NCBI GenBank assembly: GCA_050246315.1
Contig: JBFWWG010000001.1
Span: 256,001 to 320,000, forward strand
DNA length: 64,000 nt
Direction: 5' to 3'
Origin: Nitrospiraceae bacterium
GTDB lineage: Bacteria; Nitrospirota; Nitrospiria; Nitrospirales; Nitrospiraceae
The notes beneath the pieces were generated by a model that was given only the letters and a program-made list of their open reading frames with translations, did no database searches and was not told the DNA's origin. This document shows positions 54,674 to 64,000 of this stretch, in pieces. Numbering within the stretch: position 1 is the first letter of the stretch; each line of letters starts with the position of its first letter. The position numbers and the translations under genes were made by a program.

Positions 54674-55147
54674 CTACGGAAGCACCCGGATCGTTCCCCC
54701 CAGGTGGGCATTTCCCTTATGGAGCGGACAAAAGAATGGGAACTGCTCCTCGCCTTTCAAGTCGTCGATCGCCCCTCCTAGCGTTGAAAACTGCACCGTG
54801 CTGATTTGTACCCTCACCGTATCTTCCGGTGTGACATTGACCCGCAACGGTTTCCTCGTAAGTTCTCCGCCCGCACCCATGACTTCTTCGAACAGTCCGT
54901 AGCCGGCAAACGCATGGGTGCGATCCGTCGGATTGTCCAGCACGAACACCAACCCGTCCTGCATCTCCGTGCTGCGGTGAATCACCACCTCCTGCGGCAC
55001 CCACAGGGCCCGCTTGTCGCCGATCTCCTGCACCACGAAGTGAAACTCCGCAGCCCAGGTCGGGCTCCAGAGAAGCAACACCCCGAACAGGGCTGTCGCC
55101 ACCCACCGATGCAGCAGCGGGTGTGGGCGTGGGCGCATCATGAGCAT
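54674..55147 (-). CDS. Exported nitrosocyanin-like cupredoxin
   Basis: Signal peptide; NPTDRTHAF and FFCPLHKGNAHLGGTI (C-x2-H-x4-H). Confidence 0.72.
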   Translation of the reverse strand: MLMMRPRPHPLLHRWVATALFGVLLLWSPTWAAEFHFVVQEIGDKRALWVPQEVVIHRSTEMQDGLVFVLDNPTDRTHAFAGYGLFEEVMGAGGELTRKPLRVNVTPEDTVRVQISTVQFSTLGGAIDDLKGEEQFPFFCPLHKGNAHLGGTIRVLP

Positions 55148-55541
55148 AACGCCCTCTCCATCTCCTCCTCGGCATCGCGGTGACGACACTGACCGGGGTT
55201 CTGTGCCCATAGGTTATGGTTAACCATTCGCCTCCCTCTGGACAATGAGATGAACACATCATTGCGTTGGTGAGTGATTCTCACCAACGCGCTCACGTCC
55301 AGGCTTTCCCATCGGATACCTCGACCTTGCGCACCTGCTTGATACGCCGTTGTCGTACCACTGCCCCGTGGGGCGGGTCAGCCACCGAGAGACATGCCCG
55401 GCACGTGGCGGACCGACTCCTTTCAGGATGGTTCAGATACGACAACCGCGACGGATGAACCGTTCTGTGGCGCACTGGAGTCGGACGGAGGGAATTTGGC
55501 TTTCGTCCTGCTCTCGCATTGTCAGGACCATTGGGCAATGC

Positions 55542-56246
55542 TTACCCTTGTGGTGCGGATCTACCAGGGGGAAACGCGATGGCGAGGGCCTGGAGACGGC
55601 TATGCGCTCCGAGTTTTTCGAGAATGTGCTGAATGTGGTTCCGTACGGTCACAGAACTGATATAGAGCGTGTCGGCAATTTCTTTGGATGTTTTCCCAAC
55701 CGCCAGGAGGCGCAGCACCTCCTTCTCTCGCTCACTCAACGGCAAGGCGCCTGAGACAGCCGGCAGTGCCTCGGCCTCCCGTGAAACAGGGCGTTTGTGT
55801 GTGGTTTCAGACACCGCCTTGGCCCCAGGCGTCGACAAGAGAGCATGGAGTTCCTCGGCCAGTCGCAGCACCTTGATTTGCTTGCTGATGTCTCGAAAGA
55901 GATGCATCGCCAGGAACCGACCCTTTTTTCGAGAGGGAACGGGAAGCGAACTGATGTTGATCCAGATGACACGGCCGGACTTTGCATGGGTCTGCATGTC
56001 ATAGTTTCGAACCCCGCCACCGCCGGCGAGCTTGCTGCCGATCGCGCAGGAGGGCGAACACAGCGGTTGGCCACCCAATGTTTCTCCGCACAGAACCTCA
56101 CGGCAGGGACGGCCGATCACGTCCTGAGCGCGAAATCCTAACAATCGCTCGGCGGCCTTGTTCCAGAGGATCACGTTGCCGTCTTCATCCACCAGCATGG
56201 CGCCGTCGGCGGTTCTCGACACCATCGTCATAACCGAGCGGTCCAT
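55542..56246 (-). CDS. PAS + LuxR-HTH transcriptional regulator
   Basis: WNKAAERLLG PAS; LSEREKEVL..GKTSKEIA..TVRNH. Confidence 0.9.
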   Translation of the reverse strand: MDRSVMTMVSRTADGAMLVDEDGNVILWNKAAERLLGFRAQDVIGRPCREVLCGETLGGQPLCSPSCAIGSKLAGGGGVRNYDMQTHAKSGRVIWINISSLPVPSRKKGRFLAMHLFRDISKQIKVLRLAEELHALLSTPGAKAVSETTHKRPVSREAEALPAVSGALPLSEREKEVLRLLAVGKTSKEIADTLYISSVTVRNHIQHILEKLGAHSRLQALAIAFPPGRSAPQG

Positions 56247-56302
56247 CCGTCCTCCCGGTGTCGCGTCCGGATTGTTGCCAGATTATACAGGAAAATACAT
56301 CC

Positions 56303-56438
56303 TAACAGGCTGCGGAAAACGCGATTTGTGTGCTTCGACAGGCTCAGCACGATCGGAAAACACCAGTATATTCAATGACTGCTCCGTTCGTCCTGAGGCT
56401 CTCGAAGGATGAACGGAGGGTTTTTCCGCAGCCTGCTA
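56303..56438. mobile_element. Family-C MITE-like element carrying REP-like palindromes
   Basis: TIR TAACAGGCTGCGGAAAA / TTTTCCGCAGCCTGCTA. Confidence 0.7.
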
Positions 56439-56852
56439 ATCGCCCGTGATCAGCCGTTCGCTGATCGTGGCCCTTCCTCGATCTCGGGAGCTGCCATCAG
56501 AACGATGCGGATCTCTGTCTCGGTATGCTTCTGCTGGCATCTTATCGCAACGCGCAATGCGTCCTGGTGTGGCCGACTCATTCAAAAAATGATGCGTCTG
56601 TCTCATTGCCGGGAGATGATCGTCCGACTATGCTTTGAGCATGGATCAACCGGCTTGTAGACGTGCTCGGACCTATCGAGCAGGGGAGAAAGGGGGAGCG
56701 GCGGCCAGGCGAAGTATTCGTCGTCGAGAAGGAGGTGAGGGATGGGGACGAGGAGTGCGGGAATGCATGGTTGAAGCAGCGAAGAAGGAACGCGAGAGTC
56801 GCTTGTACAATGAGCGGCTGCAGCGAGCATCCGGAGAGGAAGGAGAAGCCCC

Positions 56853-57362
56853 ATGAGAATGAGAGGATGCCATAAGGCCATGTTGGCGGTTCCCCTCGCG
56901 CTGGTTACCCTGTCGCTGTCGGGAATCGGAATCGGCAGTGCCAATGCCCAGGCGCCCGGGATGGCCCCTCCGGTCCCAGAGTTGACCATTGTGATTAAAG
57001 ACCGGGATCATGGGTATGAGCTGTTGAAGGGGACGGCGATGGCGGGGTCGCTGATGAAAATCACCGTTCGTAACGAGGACTCGGTCACGCATGGATTTGC
57101 GTCGCGTCTGTTCGAAGGCATCACGGTCAAGATGGAAGGGCAGGGCAAGGAGGTCACGGGAAAGAAGCTCAAGAGCTTTCACCTTGAGCCGGGACAGGTC
57201 ATGACGCTCACCTTCACCAAGACGTCGGCCATCGAGCCCGCAGGCTTGTACGGGGGAAACGAAGCCTATACGCAGTACCACACCATCTGGTGCGACATTC
57301 ACCCGGAGGTGCGGGGGGAGTTGCTGGTCGTTGAAACTTCTGGTGTGCCGGGAGCGGGATGA
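56853..57362 (+). CDS. Exported cupredoxin-like protein
   Basis: Signal peptide ending ANA; NEDSVTHGF and IWCDIHPEVRG. Confidence 0.75.
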   Translation: MRMRGCHKAMLAVPLALVTLSLSGIGIGSANAQAPGMAPPVPELTIVIKDRDHGYELLKGTAMAGSLMKITVRNEDSVTHGFASRLFEGITVKMEGQGKEVTGKKLKSFHLEPGQVMTLTFTKTSAIEPAGLYGGNEAYTQYHTIWCDIHPEVRGELLVVETSGVPGAG

Positions 57363-57620
57363 GTTCCGCGCGTGACATCCGTTGAGAAGCGTTGCGGCCC
57401 TGGTCGGCGCGTCGGCTACACGGCGCACGGCCGGGGCCGCGGCATGTCCTCCTCACGAGCGGGGAAGACGACAGGAGGGTGTGGGCCGCTCGTCGCTTAG
57501 CCTTGGTTATGGAGGGTGGAATCACTTCTCGACGAAGGGTGAGATCCGACGAGTCAGGGTGTCCGGTTTTTTCCGCCGATCCATACGCTTGAGGAGGTGC
57601 ACGTTATATAATGGACTGAG

Positions 57621-59216
57621 ATGCGCCTGGCTCCCTTCCTGTTCCAACGGCTCTTCGACCTCGGTGCCGCCCATGCGTTCGGCATCCCGGGTGATCACGT
57701 GCTCCCCCTGTATGAAGCGCTAGGAGACAGTCCTCTCCGCTCGATTCTGACCACACATGAACCCTCAGCCGGGTTTGCAGCCGATGCCTATGCGCGCCTT
57801 AAAGGGATCGGCGTGGCGATCGGCACCTATGGCGCCGGCGCCCTCAATATGGTGAATCCGATCGCGCAGGCCTATGCCGAGAAGTCGCCGGTCGTCGTAC
57901 TGAGCGGTGCGCCCGACATGGCGGGACGGGACCCGGACCTGTTGATTCATCATAAGGTCAAGACGTTCAACACGCATCTCCGCGTCTACCAAGAGGTGAC
58001 CGCGGCCAGCGCGGCTCTGGAAGATCCCACGACGGCCGCTCGCGAGATCACGCGTGTGCTCGATACGGTGCAGCACGAAAAGCAGCCGGGGTATTTGGAA
58101 ATCCCTCGTGACATGACCTGGGCCGACATCGACCCAACCGAGGCAGGGGTGCCCGTTGCACCACGGCCGGATCAGGCAGCCAGGGCGGAGGCCTTGCAGG
58201 AGATTGTCGCTCGCCTCAACCGGAGCCGGAGCCCCGTGATCCTGGCTGGCATCGAGGTCGTGCGACTGGGTCTTCGGAATCATCTGATTCGGCTCGCCGA
58301 GCGCTACAACCTGCCGGTCGCCACTTCGTTCACGGGGAAGGCGGTCTTTCCCGAGCATCATCCGAATTTCATCGGGACTTATATGGGCGCAGCCGGGCAT
58401 CCCTATGCGCGGCAGATGGTCGAAGCATCGGATTGTCTTCTCCTGTTGGGAGTCTGGTTGACCGACACGGAGACCGGACGATTCACCAGCCTGATCGCTC
58501 GTGACACCTTGGTCCAGGCGCTGGCTCACGAGGTTCGTATCAGCCGGCATCAGTATCGACATACTGGACTCGCCGAGGTCCTGCCATCCTTACTGGAATC
58601 TTCCGAGATCAAGCCGCGGGAATTTCGCAACGACTACGTACCGGAGCCGCTCGACACGAACGGCCGGTCCCTCGTGGCCTCGGTCTTCTCAGAATTGAGC
58701 CGCTTGGACGATCGTCGCTATATCTTCACGACGGACTCCGGCGATTGTTTGTTCGGGTCGGTCGCGTTGAATGCCGAAACGATCCTGAACCCGGGCTACT
58801 ACAGCAGTATGGGGTTCGGGGTGCCGGCTGCATTGGGTGCGGGGCTGGCGGTCCCGAACTGCCGGCCGGTGGCGCTGGTGGGAGACGGCGGGTTCCAGAT
58901 GACCGGCATGGAGCTTGGGACATTGGTTCGATATGGGGTCGATGCGATCATCATTGTGCTCAATAACGGAGGGTATCGATGTCTGGAGGCGTTGGGGGAG
59001 AGACGGGCTGCGTGGGATATCCATCCCTGGGATTACGTGGCTGTGGCCAGAGCCTTGGGAGCCGAGGGTACAAGGGTGCGCACATTCGACGAGTTCAGCC
59101 GTGCACTGCGGCGGGCCTGTGAAGGAACCGGCGTGTCGATGATTGAGGCCGTGCTCGGTCCTGAAGATATCTCACCCACACTCCGGAGGCTGAGCGGGAC
59201 GGCCGGCCCGTCATGA
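57621..59216 (+). CDS. ThDP-dependent alpha-keto acid decarboxylase (IpdC/Pdc-like)
   Basis: FGIPGD, HE..AGFAADAYAR, LIHH, GDGGFQMTG..LNNGGY. Confidence 0.9.
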   Translation: MRLAPFLFQRLFDLGAAHAFGIPGDHVLPLYEALGDSPLRSILTTHEPSAGFAADAYARLKGIGVAIGTYGAGALNMVNPIAQAYAEKSPVVVLSGAPDMAGRDPDLLIHHKVKTFNTHLRVYQEVTAASAALEDPTTAAREITRVLDTVQHEKQPGYLEIPRDMTWADIDPTEAGVPVAPRPDQAARAEALQEIVARLNRSRSPVILAGIEVVRLGLRNHLIRLAERYNLPVATSFTGKAVFPEHHPNFIGTYMGAAGHPYARQMVEASDCLLLLGVWLTDTETGRFTSLIARDTLVQALAHEVRISRHQYRHTGLAEVLPSLLESSEIKPREFRNDYVPEPLDTNGRSLVASVFSELSRLDDRRYIFTTDSGDCLFGSVALNAETILNPGYYSSMGFGVPAALGAGLAVPNCRPVALVGDGGFQMTGMELGTLVRYGVDAIIIVLNNGGYRCLEALGERRAAWDIHPWDYVAVARALGAEGTRVRTFDEFSRALRRACEGTGVSMIEAVLGPEDISPTLRRLSGTAGPS

Positions 59217-59247
59217 TGAGAGCGACGGCCCTTCGGTGGACAGGTCG

Positions 59248-60957
59248 ATGGCTGAAGCCTCGCAGATTCTTGAAGTAGACATCCTGTTCGTCGGCGGAGG
59301 CCCGGCCAACCTCTCGGGGGCGCTTCGCCTGACTCAGCTCATCGCGAAGCATAATGCTCGGGTTTCCGGCGGCGAGACATCCGGCGCTCGACTGGCCCCG
59401 CGCATCGCGCTGATCGAGAAGGGGCGCGATGTCGGCGCACATGCGATCTCGGGCGCCGTCTTCGATCCGATCGCGCTGGAAGAATTACTGCCGGATTACC
59501 GCGAACGCGACTTTCCTTTTTCGCTTCACGTGACTCAGCATAGCCTGCGGTATCTCACGACCGAAGGATCGGTTCGGCTTCCCGATGTCCTGATCCCACC
59601 GTCCTACCGGCAAGACCGCTGTTACCTCGGCTCCCTCCAAAAACTGAACCTTTGGCTTGCAGAGCAGGTCGAAGCCGCCGGCGTCTATCTCTTCGCCGAG
59701 ACCTGCGGGGTGCAGATTCTCTACGACGGCACGAAGGTCTGCGGGGTTCAAACCGGCGCCAAAGGGCTCGACGCCAGCGGCGGGAGAAAAGCCAATTACG
59801 AGCCGGGCACCGACATCCACGCCGCGATCACGGTGTTCGGCGAAGGCTCCTACGGGACGCTGGCTGAGGATCTGATCCAGCGGTTCAAGCTCCGCGAGGG
59901 TCGCCAGGCGCAAACCTACGCGTTGGGGGTCAAGGAGCTGATCCGAGTGAAGTCGGGAGGGACGCCGGGTCTCGCGATGCATACGATCGGCTATCCGCTT
60001 GGCTCCCGTGTCTTCGGTGGAGGCTTCTGCTATGGCCTCGACGAGAACCTGTTCGCGGTGGGCATGGTCTGCGGGCTGGATTGGGACGACCCGCAACTGG
60101 ATGTCCATGCCCAACTTCAGCGACTCAAGAAGCATCCTTCCATTCAGCGGTTGATCAAGGGCGGCGAGGTCATCGCCTATGGGGCCAAGACGCTCCCCGA
60201 GGGCGGCTACTTTGCCGTTCCTCGACCCTATGCCGACGGCGCGTTGCTCGTGGGCGATTCGGCCGCGTTGCTGAATGTGCCGTATCTGAAGGGCATCCAC
60301 TACGCGATGAAAAGCGGCATGTTGGCGGCCGACACGATATTCGACGCCTTGCTGCGCCACGACGCGTCCGCCTCCGTGCTTTCGTCCTATGAAGCCCGCT
60401 TGGACTCGTCCTACGTCATTCAAGATTTGTATCGAGCACGGCACTTCCGGCGAGCCTTTGCTTACGGTCGTCTGCCTGGCCTTCTCCTTGGAGGACTGAC
60501 GATGTGGACCGGACTCGGCCCATTCAGGCCCGCACCCGTCCGCGAGGACTTCAGGCATCTGCGCCCGCTCGACCAAGCGGTTCGGGGCCGTTGGACCTCT
60601 GAGCCGGCCCGATATGACGCCGGCGTGCTGGTTGACAAGCTGACCGACGTCTATCATTCTGGCACGCAACATCGAGAGGATCAGCCTTCGCACATCCGGA
60701 TCCTCGATCCCGCGCGGTGCCTGACCGACTGCATCGCTCGCTTTGGGGATGCGCCCTGTACGCATTTCTGTCCCGCCCGGGTCTATGAGTTGGTCGGCGA
60801 AGGGGCCGGACGGCGCATTCAGATCAACTTCTCCAACTGCGTGCACTGCAAGACCTGCGTGATCAAGGATCCCCTCGACGTCATCCCGGGAGATCATGTG
60901 CAGAACATCCTCTGGCGCGCTCCGGCGGAGGGAGGACCGCGGTATCAGGGGTTGTAG
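59248..60957 (+). CDS. Electron transfer flavoprotein:quinone oxidoreductase
   Basis: VGGGPA, SGAVFDP, YGAKTLPEGG, KGIHYAMKSG, C-terminal FCPA..NCVHCKTC. Confidence 0.92.
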   Translation: MAEASQILEVDILFVGGGPANLSGALRLTQLIAKHNARVSGGETSGARLAPRIALIEKGRDVGAHAISGAVFDPIALEELLPDYRERDFPFSLHVTQHSLRYLTTEGSVRLPDVLIPPSYRQDRCYLGSLQKLNLWLAEQVEAAGVYLFAETCGVQILYDGTKVCGVQTGAKGLDASGGRKANYEPGTDIHAAITVFGEGSYGTLAEDLIQRFKLREGRQAQTYALGVKELIRVKSGGTPGLAMHTIGYPLGSRVFGGGFCYGLDENLFAVGMVCGLDWDDPQLDVHAQLQRLKKHPSIQRLIKGGEVIAYGAKTLPEGGYFAVPRPYADGALLVGDSAALLNVPYLKGIHYAMKSGMLAADTIFDALLRHDASASVLSSYEARLDSSYVIQDLYRARHFRRAFAYGRLPGLLLGGLTMWTGLGPFRPAPVREDFRHLRPLDQAVRGRWTSEPARYDAGVLVDKLTDVYHSGTQHREDQPSHIRILDPARCLTDCIARFGDAPCTHFCPARVYELVGEGAGRRIQINFSNCVHCKTCVIKDPLDVIPGDHVQNILWRAPAEGGPRYQGL

Positions 60958-61046
60958 CGAGGTCGTAGACCATTATCCGTCTTCCGTTATCCGCCATCGG
61001 ATGACGGCCCGCAGCGCGCGGACTACGGACAACGGGGAACGGACCA

Positions 61047-61850
61047 ATGAAGATCATCATCTGCATCAAGCAAGTACCGGCCACCGATGCCAAGCTCGCC
61101 ATCAAAGCCGATGGAACGGATATCGAACGAGCAGGCCTCAGCTTGGTGATGAATCCTTATGATGAGTTCGCCGTTGAAGAGGCACTCCGGATCAGAGAGC
61201 GGTTCGGCGCCGGAGACGTAACCGTGCTGTCGCTGCGCCAGCACGCGGCTCAGAAGCCGGAGGAAGCCTTGCGGACTTGTCTGGCAATGGGTGCGGACAA
61301 GGCGATCGTGTTGAGCGATCCGAGCTTCGAGAGAGGCGACGGCTCTGCGACCGCGCTGGTGCTGGCCGCCGCGCTCGGACGTTTGCCGTTCGATCTCCTC
61401 CTCTTCGGCAGACAGGCGGTGGACGATGATGGCGGGGCAGTGGGTATCCAGGTCGCAGAGCTGCTTGGTCTTCCCCACGTTGCCGTGGTGAGCAAGCTGG
61501 AAGTCGATCCCCAGGCTCGTCGCCTTGTCGCCCATCGTCAAATCGAAGGCGGAACTGAAGTGGTCGAGGCCCCGCTCCCGGCATTGATTACCTGTCAAAA
61601 AGGCCTCAACGAACCGCGCTATCCTTCGCTTCCTGGAATCATGAAGGCCAAGCAGAAGCCGCTCGAGATTTGGAACCGAGAGACGATCGGAGTAGACCCC
61701 GGGACGGTTGGAGCCGCAGGAGCACGACTCAGCGTCGTTCGCTTGGAGCAGCCGCCGGCACGTCCAGCCGGTCGAATCATTCCCGGCGATGCCGCCGCGG
61801 CGGTCAAAGAACTCGTGCGACTGCTTCACGAGGAAGCACACGTCGTCTGA
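61047..61850 (+). CDS. etfB: Electron transfer flavoprotein beta subunit
   Basis: CIKQVP, NPYDEFAVEEAL, GRQAVD, NEPRYPSL. Confidence 0.95.
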   Translation: MKIIICIKQVPATDAKLAIKADGTDIERAGLSLVMNPYDEFAVEEALRIRERFGAGDVTVLSLRQHAAQKPEEALRTCLAMGADKAIVLSDPSFERGDGSATALVLAAALGRLPFDLLLFGRQAVDDDGGAVGIQVAELLGLPHVAVVSKLEVDPQARRLVAHRQIEGGTEVVEAPLPALITCQKGLNEPRYPSLPGIMKAKQKPLEIWNRETIGVDPGTVGAAGARLSVVRLEQPPARPAGRIIPGDAAAAVKELVRLLHEEAHVV

Positions 61851-61868
61851 TGAGTGAGAACGGAGACG

Positions 61869-62861
61869 ATGATGAATCCCATCCTAGTCTTCTGTGAGCA
61901 ACGTGACGGCCGGCTGAAGAAGGCTGGGCTGGAAGCGTTAGGCCAAGCCTGTCGCCTCGGCAAGGCGTCGGGCAGAGCCGTGGTCGCGCTGGTGGTCGGT
62001 TCCACAGTCCACTCCCTCGCACAGGAGCTCGCCGGTCATGGCGCCTCGCGAATCTTGGTCGCCGAGGACCCTGCGCTTCGATACTATTCGTCCGAATTCT
62101 TTGCGACGATTATGGCGGAGATCGCCGCTGAGCTTGAGCCGGTTGCGATCATGATGGGCGCGACCGCCATGGGCAGAGACCTCGCGCCAAAATTGGCGGC
62201 AAGGCTCAAGAGCGCGTTGATCCAGGACTGCGTCGCGCTGGAAATGGAACCCGATGGTTCGCTGATCGCCACCCGCCCGATCTATGGCGGGAAACTACGA
62301 GCCGTGGTGAAGCCGACGCATCCGTCCATGCAGATTGCGACGCTCCGCCCAAACGTCTTCTCGCCTGAGGAATCTCATGCAGCCCCGGATGTGATGGTTG
62401 AGAGACGCACGGTTTCGTTCGACAGGCCTCGCCCGATGGCGCACGTGCGCGAAGTACGCGAGACAGACGGAGGGAAGCACGAATTGACAGAGGCCTCGCT
62501 CATCGTTTCAGGAGGCCGAGGTCTCAAAGCACCGGAGCACTTCGCCCTGCTCGAAAAGCTCGCGGCAGCACTCGGAGCCGCCGTGGGAGCGTCTCGCGCG
62601 GCGGTCGATGCGGGCTGGAGACCGCATGGCGACCAAATAGGGCTCACCGGAAAGACCGTCTCACCGCAGCTCTATATCGCCTGTGGGATCTCAGGGGCGA
62701 TTCAACATCAAGCCGGAATGTCTTCCGCGCGGACGATCGTGGCGATCAACAATAATCCCAACGCGCCGATCTTCAAACTCGCCACCTACGGCATCGTCGG
62801 GGATCTCTTCGAGATTGTCCCGCTGCTGACCGAAGAAGTGAACAAACTACGGGCCGGATGA
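61869..62861 (+). CDS. etfA: Electron transfer flavoprotein alpha subunit
   Basis: VSGGRG, GASRAAVDAGW, QIGLTGK, GISGAIQH. Confidence 0.95.
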   Translation: MMNPILVFCEQRDGRLKKAGLEALGQACRLGKASGRAVVALVVGSTVHSLAQELAGHGASRILVAEDPALRYYSSEFFATIMAEIAAELEPVAIMMGATAMGRDLAPKLAARLKSALIQDCVALEMEPDGSLIATRPIYGGKLRAVVKPTHPSMQIATLRPNVFSPEESHAAPDVMVERRTVSFDRPRPMAHVREVRETDGGKHELTEASLIVSGGRGLKAPEHFALLEKLAAALGAAVGASRAAVDAGWRPHGDQIGLTGKTVSPQLYIACGISGAIQHQAGMSSARTIVAINNNPNAPIFKLATYGIVGDLFEIVPLLTEEVNKLRAG

Positions 62862-63066
62862 GGTCGCCCGGCGCCTCTCACCCTTCGAGAACCTCTACTC
62901 GCGCGGCTTCATTGGGATGGCTGCCCGCACCCCCGGCGTCGATGCCGCTCGGCCACAACCGATCCACCACGATCCGCTCCCCGTCGGCCTTGGCTGCCGC
63001 CTCATCGAGGTGCCTCACGCGGATCAGGTGTCATTCTGGTCCAGCAGCTCGCGGCATGCGCCTCGG

Positions 63067-64000
63067 CTAGACAAACGCTTTGATCCCGAGCAGATGCGAA
63101 CCAATCAACAGCTTCTGAATCTGCGAGGTGCCTTCATAGATCGTGGCCACTTTGGCATCACGATAGTAGCGCGCGACGGGTGCTTCTTCGGAGTACCCAT
63201 AGGCACCGAAAATTTGCACGGCATCGGTTGCCGCCCGCACCGCCGCTTCAGAAGCGAAGTACTTCGCCATGGAGGTTTCGAGCGTGTTGGGGAGACCTTG
63301 GTTCTTCAGGTGGCCGGCCCGAAGTACGAGCAGACGCGCGGCATCCAAGTCTACCGCCATGCGGGCGATCATGTCCTGTACCAGTTGAAAACTTCCGATG
63401 GGTCTGTCGAACTGCCGGCGCGTCTTGGCGTAGTCCATGCAGGCGTCGAGGCAGCCTTGGATGATCCCGACACAGCCGGCTGCCACGCTGAATCGCCCAT
63501 TGTCCAAGGCCGACATGGCGATCTTGAATCCTTGGCCGACCGATCCCAGCAACGCCGTCTCCGGCACCGAACAATCGTCGAAGATCAGTTCTCCCGTATC
63601 CGACGCGCGAAGGCCCAGCTTGTCGGTGATCGGCCTGGTTGAAAACCCCGGTAGGCCATGGTCTACGAGAAAGGCCGCGATGCCCTCATGGCCTTTGGCT
63701 TTGTCGGTTTGCGCGAAGATCAGCGCGACATCGGCCACCGTTCCGTTGGAGATCCAGGCCTTGGTTCCGTTGAGCACCCACACGGATCCACGCCTCACCG
63801 CCGTGGTTTCCATGGAGGCGGGGTCGCTCCCGGCGTTCGGCTCTGTGAGGCCAAAGCAGCCTAGCATTCGGCCGGTGCACAGGCCCGGTAGGTACCGACG
63901 CTTCTGTTCTTCCGTTCCCCATTTCAAGATCGTGAGCCCGACCAGCGACACTTGAACTGAGAGGGTGGTACGAAGCGAGGAGTCGACTCGTCCGATCTCC
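63067..64000 (-). CDS. Acyl-CoA dehydrogenase (5' end beyond the window)
   Basis: FGLTEPNAGSD, GTKAWISNG, KLGLRASDT, GAYGY, IYEGTSQIQ. Confidence 0.95.
   Translation of the reverse strand, partial: EIGRVDSSLRTTLSVQVSLVGLTILKWGTEEQKRRYLPGLCTGRMLGCFGLTEPNAGSDPASMETTAVRRGSVWVLNGTKAWISNGTVADVALIFAQTDKAKGHEGIAAFLVDHGLPGFSTRPITDKLGLRASDTGELIFDDCSVPETALLGSVGQGFKIAMSALDNGRFSVAAGCVGIIQGCLDACMDYAKTRRQFDRPIGSFQLVQDMIARMAVDLDAARLLVLRAGHLKNQGLPNTLETSMAKYFASEAAVRAATDAVQIFGAYGYSEEAPVARYYRDAKVATIYEGTSQIQKLLIGSHLLGIKAFV

Noticed and set aside
57365..57620. TPP riboswitch ahead of the ThDP enzyme
   Set aside because: I could not find the conserved TPP aptamer core arrangement; needs an Rfam scan

Overview
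GC-rich bacterial accessory region, most likely from a Nitrospira-like genome (inferred from protein families and repeat types, not proven). It holds three sigma-54 activators (two FhlA-like GAF proteins and one with an unrecognised N-terminal domain), a GmrSD-type restriction gene, three toxin-antitoxin loci with signs of decay, copZ-copA plus an internally deleted duplicate, an OmpR-type two-component system, a urea transporter, a short integron-like cassette array, a TetR-HlyD-ABC exporter, a Tat-exported molybdo-oxidoreductase, three cupredoxin-like genes, and an alpha-keto acid decarboxylase-ETF:QO-etfBA operon with a convergent acyl-CoA dehydrogenase. Many short TIR-bounded non-autonomous elements lie between genes, several on stop codons. 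The most striking unexplained structure is five promoters with identical architecture: three TCTTCAY-like boxes at 11-bp period, a 10-bp spacer, then a TAnnnT -10. They precede six small single-TM proteins, the two-component operon itself, rnk, and a nucleotidyltransferase-SOD operon, and look like a small-membrane-protein regulon. No rRNA, tRNA, CRISPR array, transposase or integrase was recognised.
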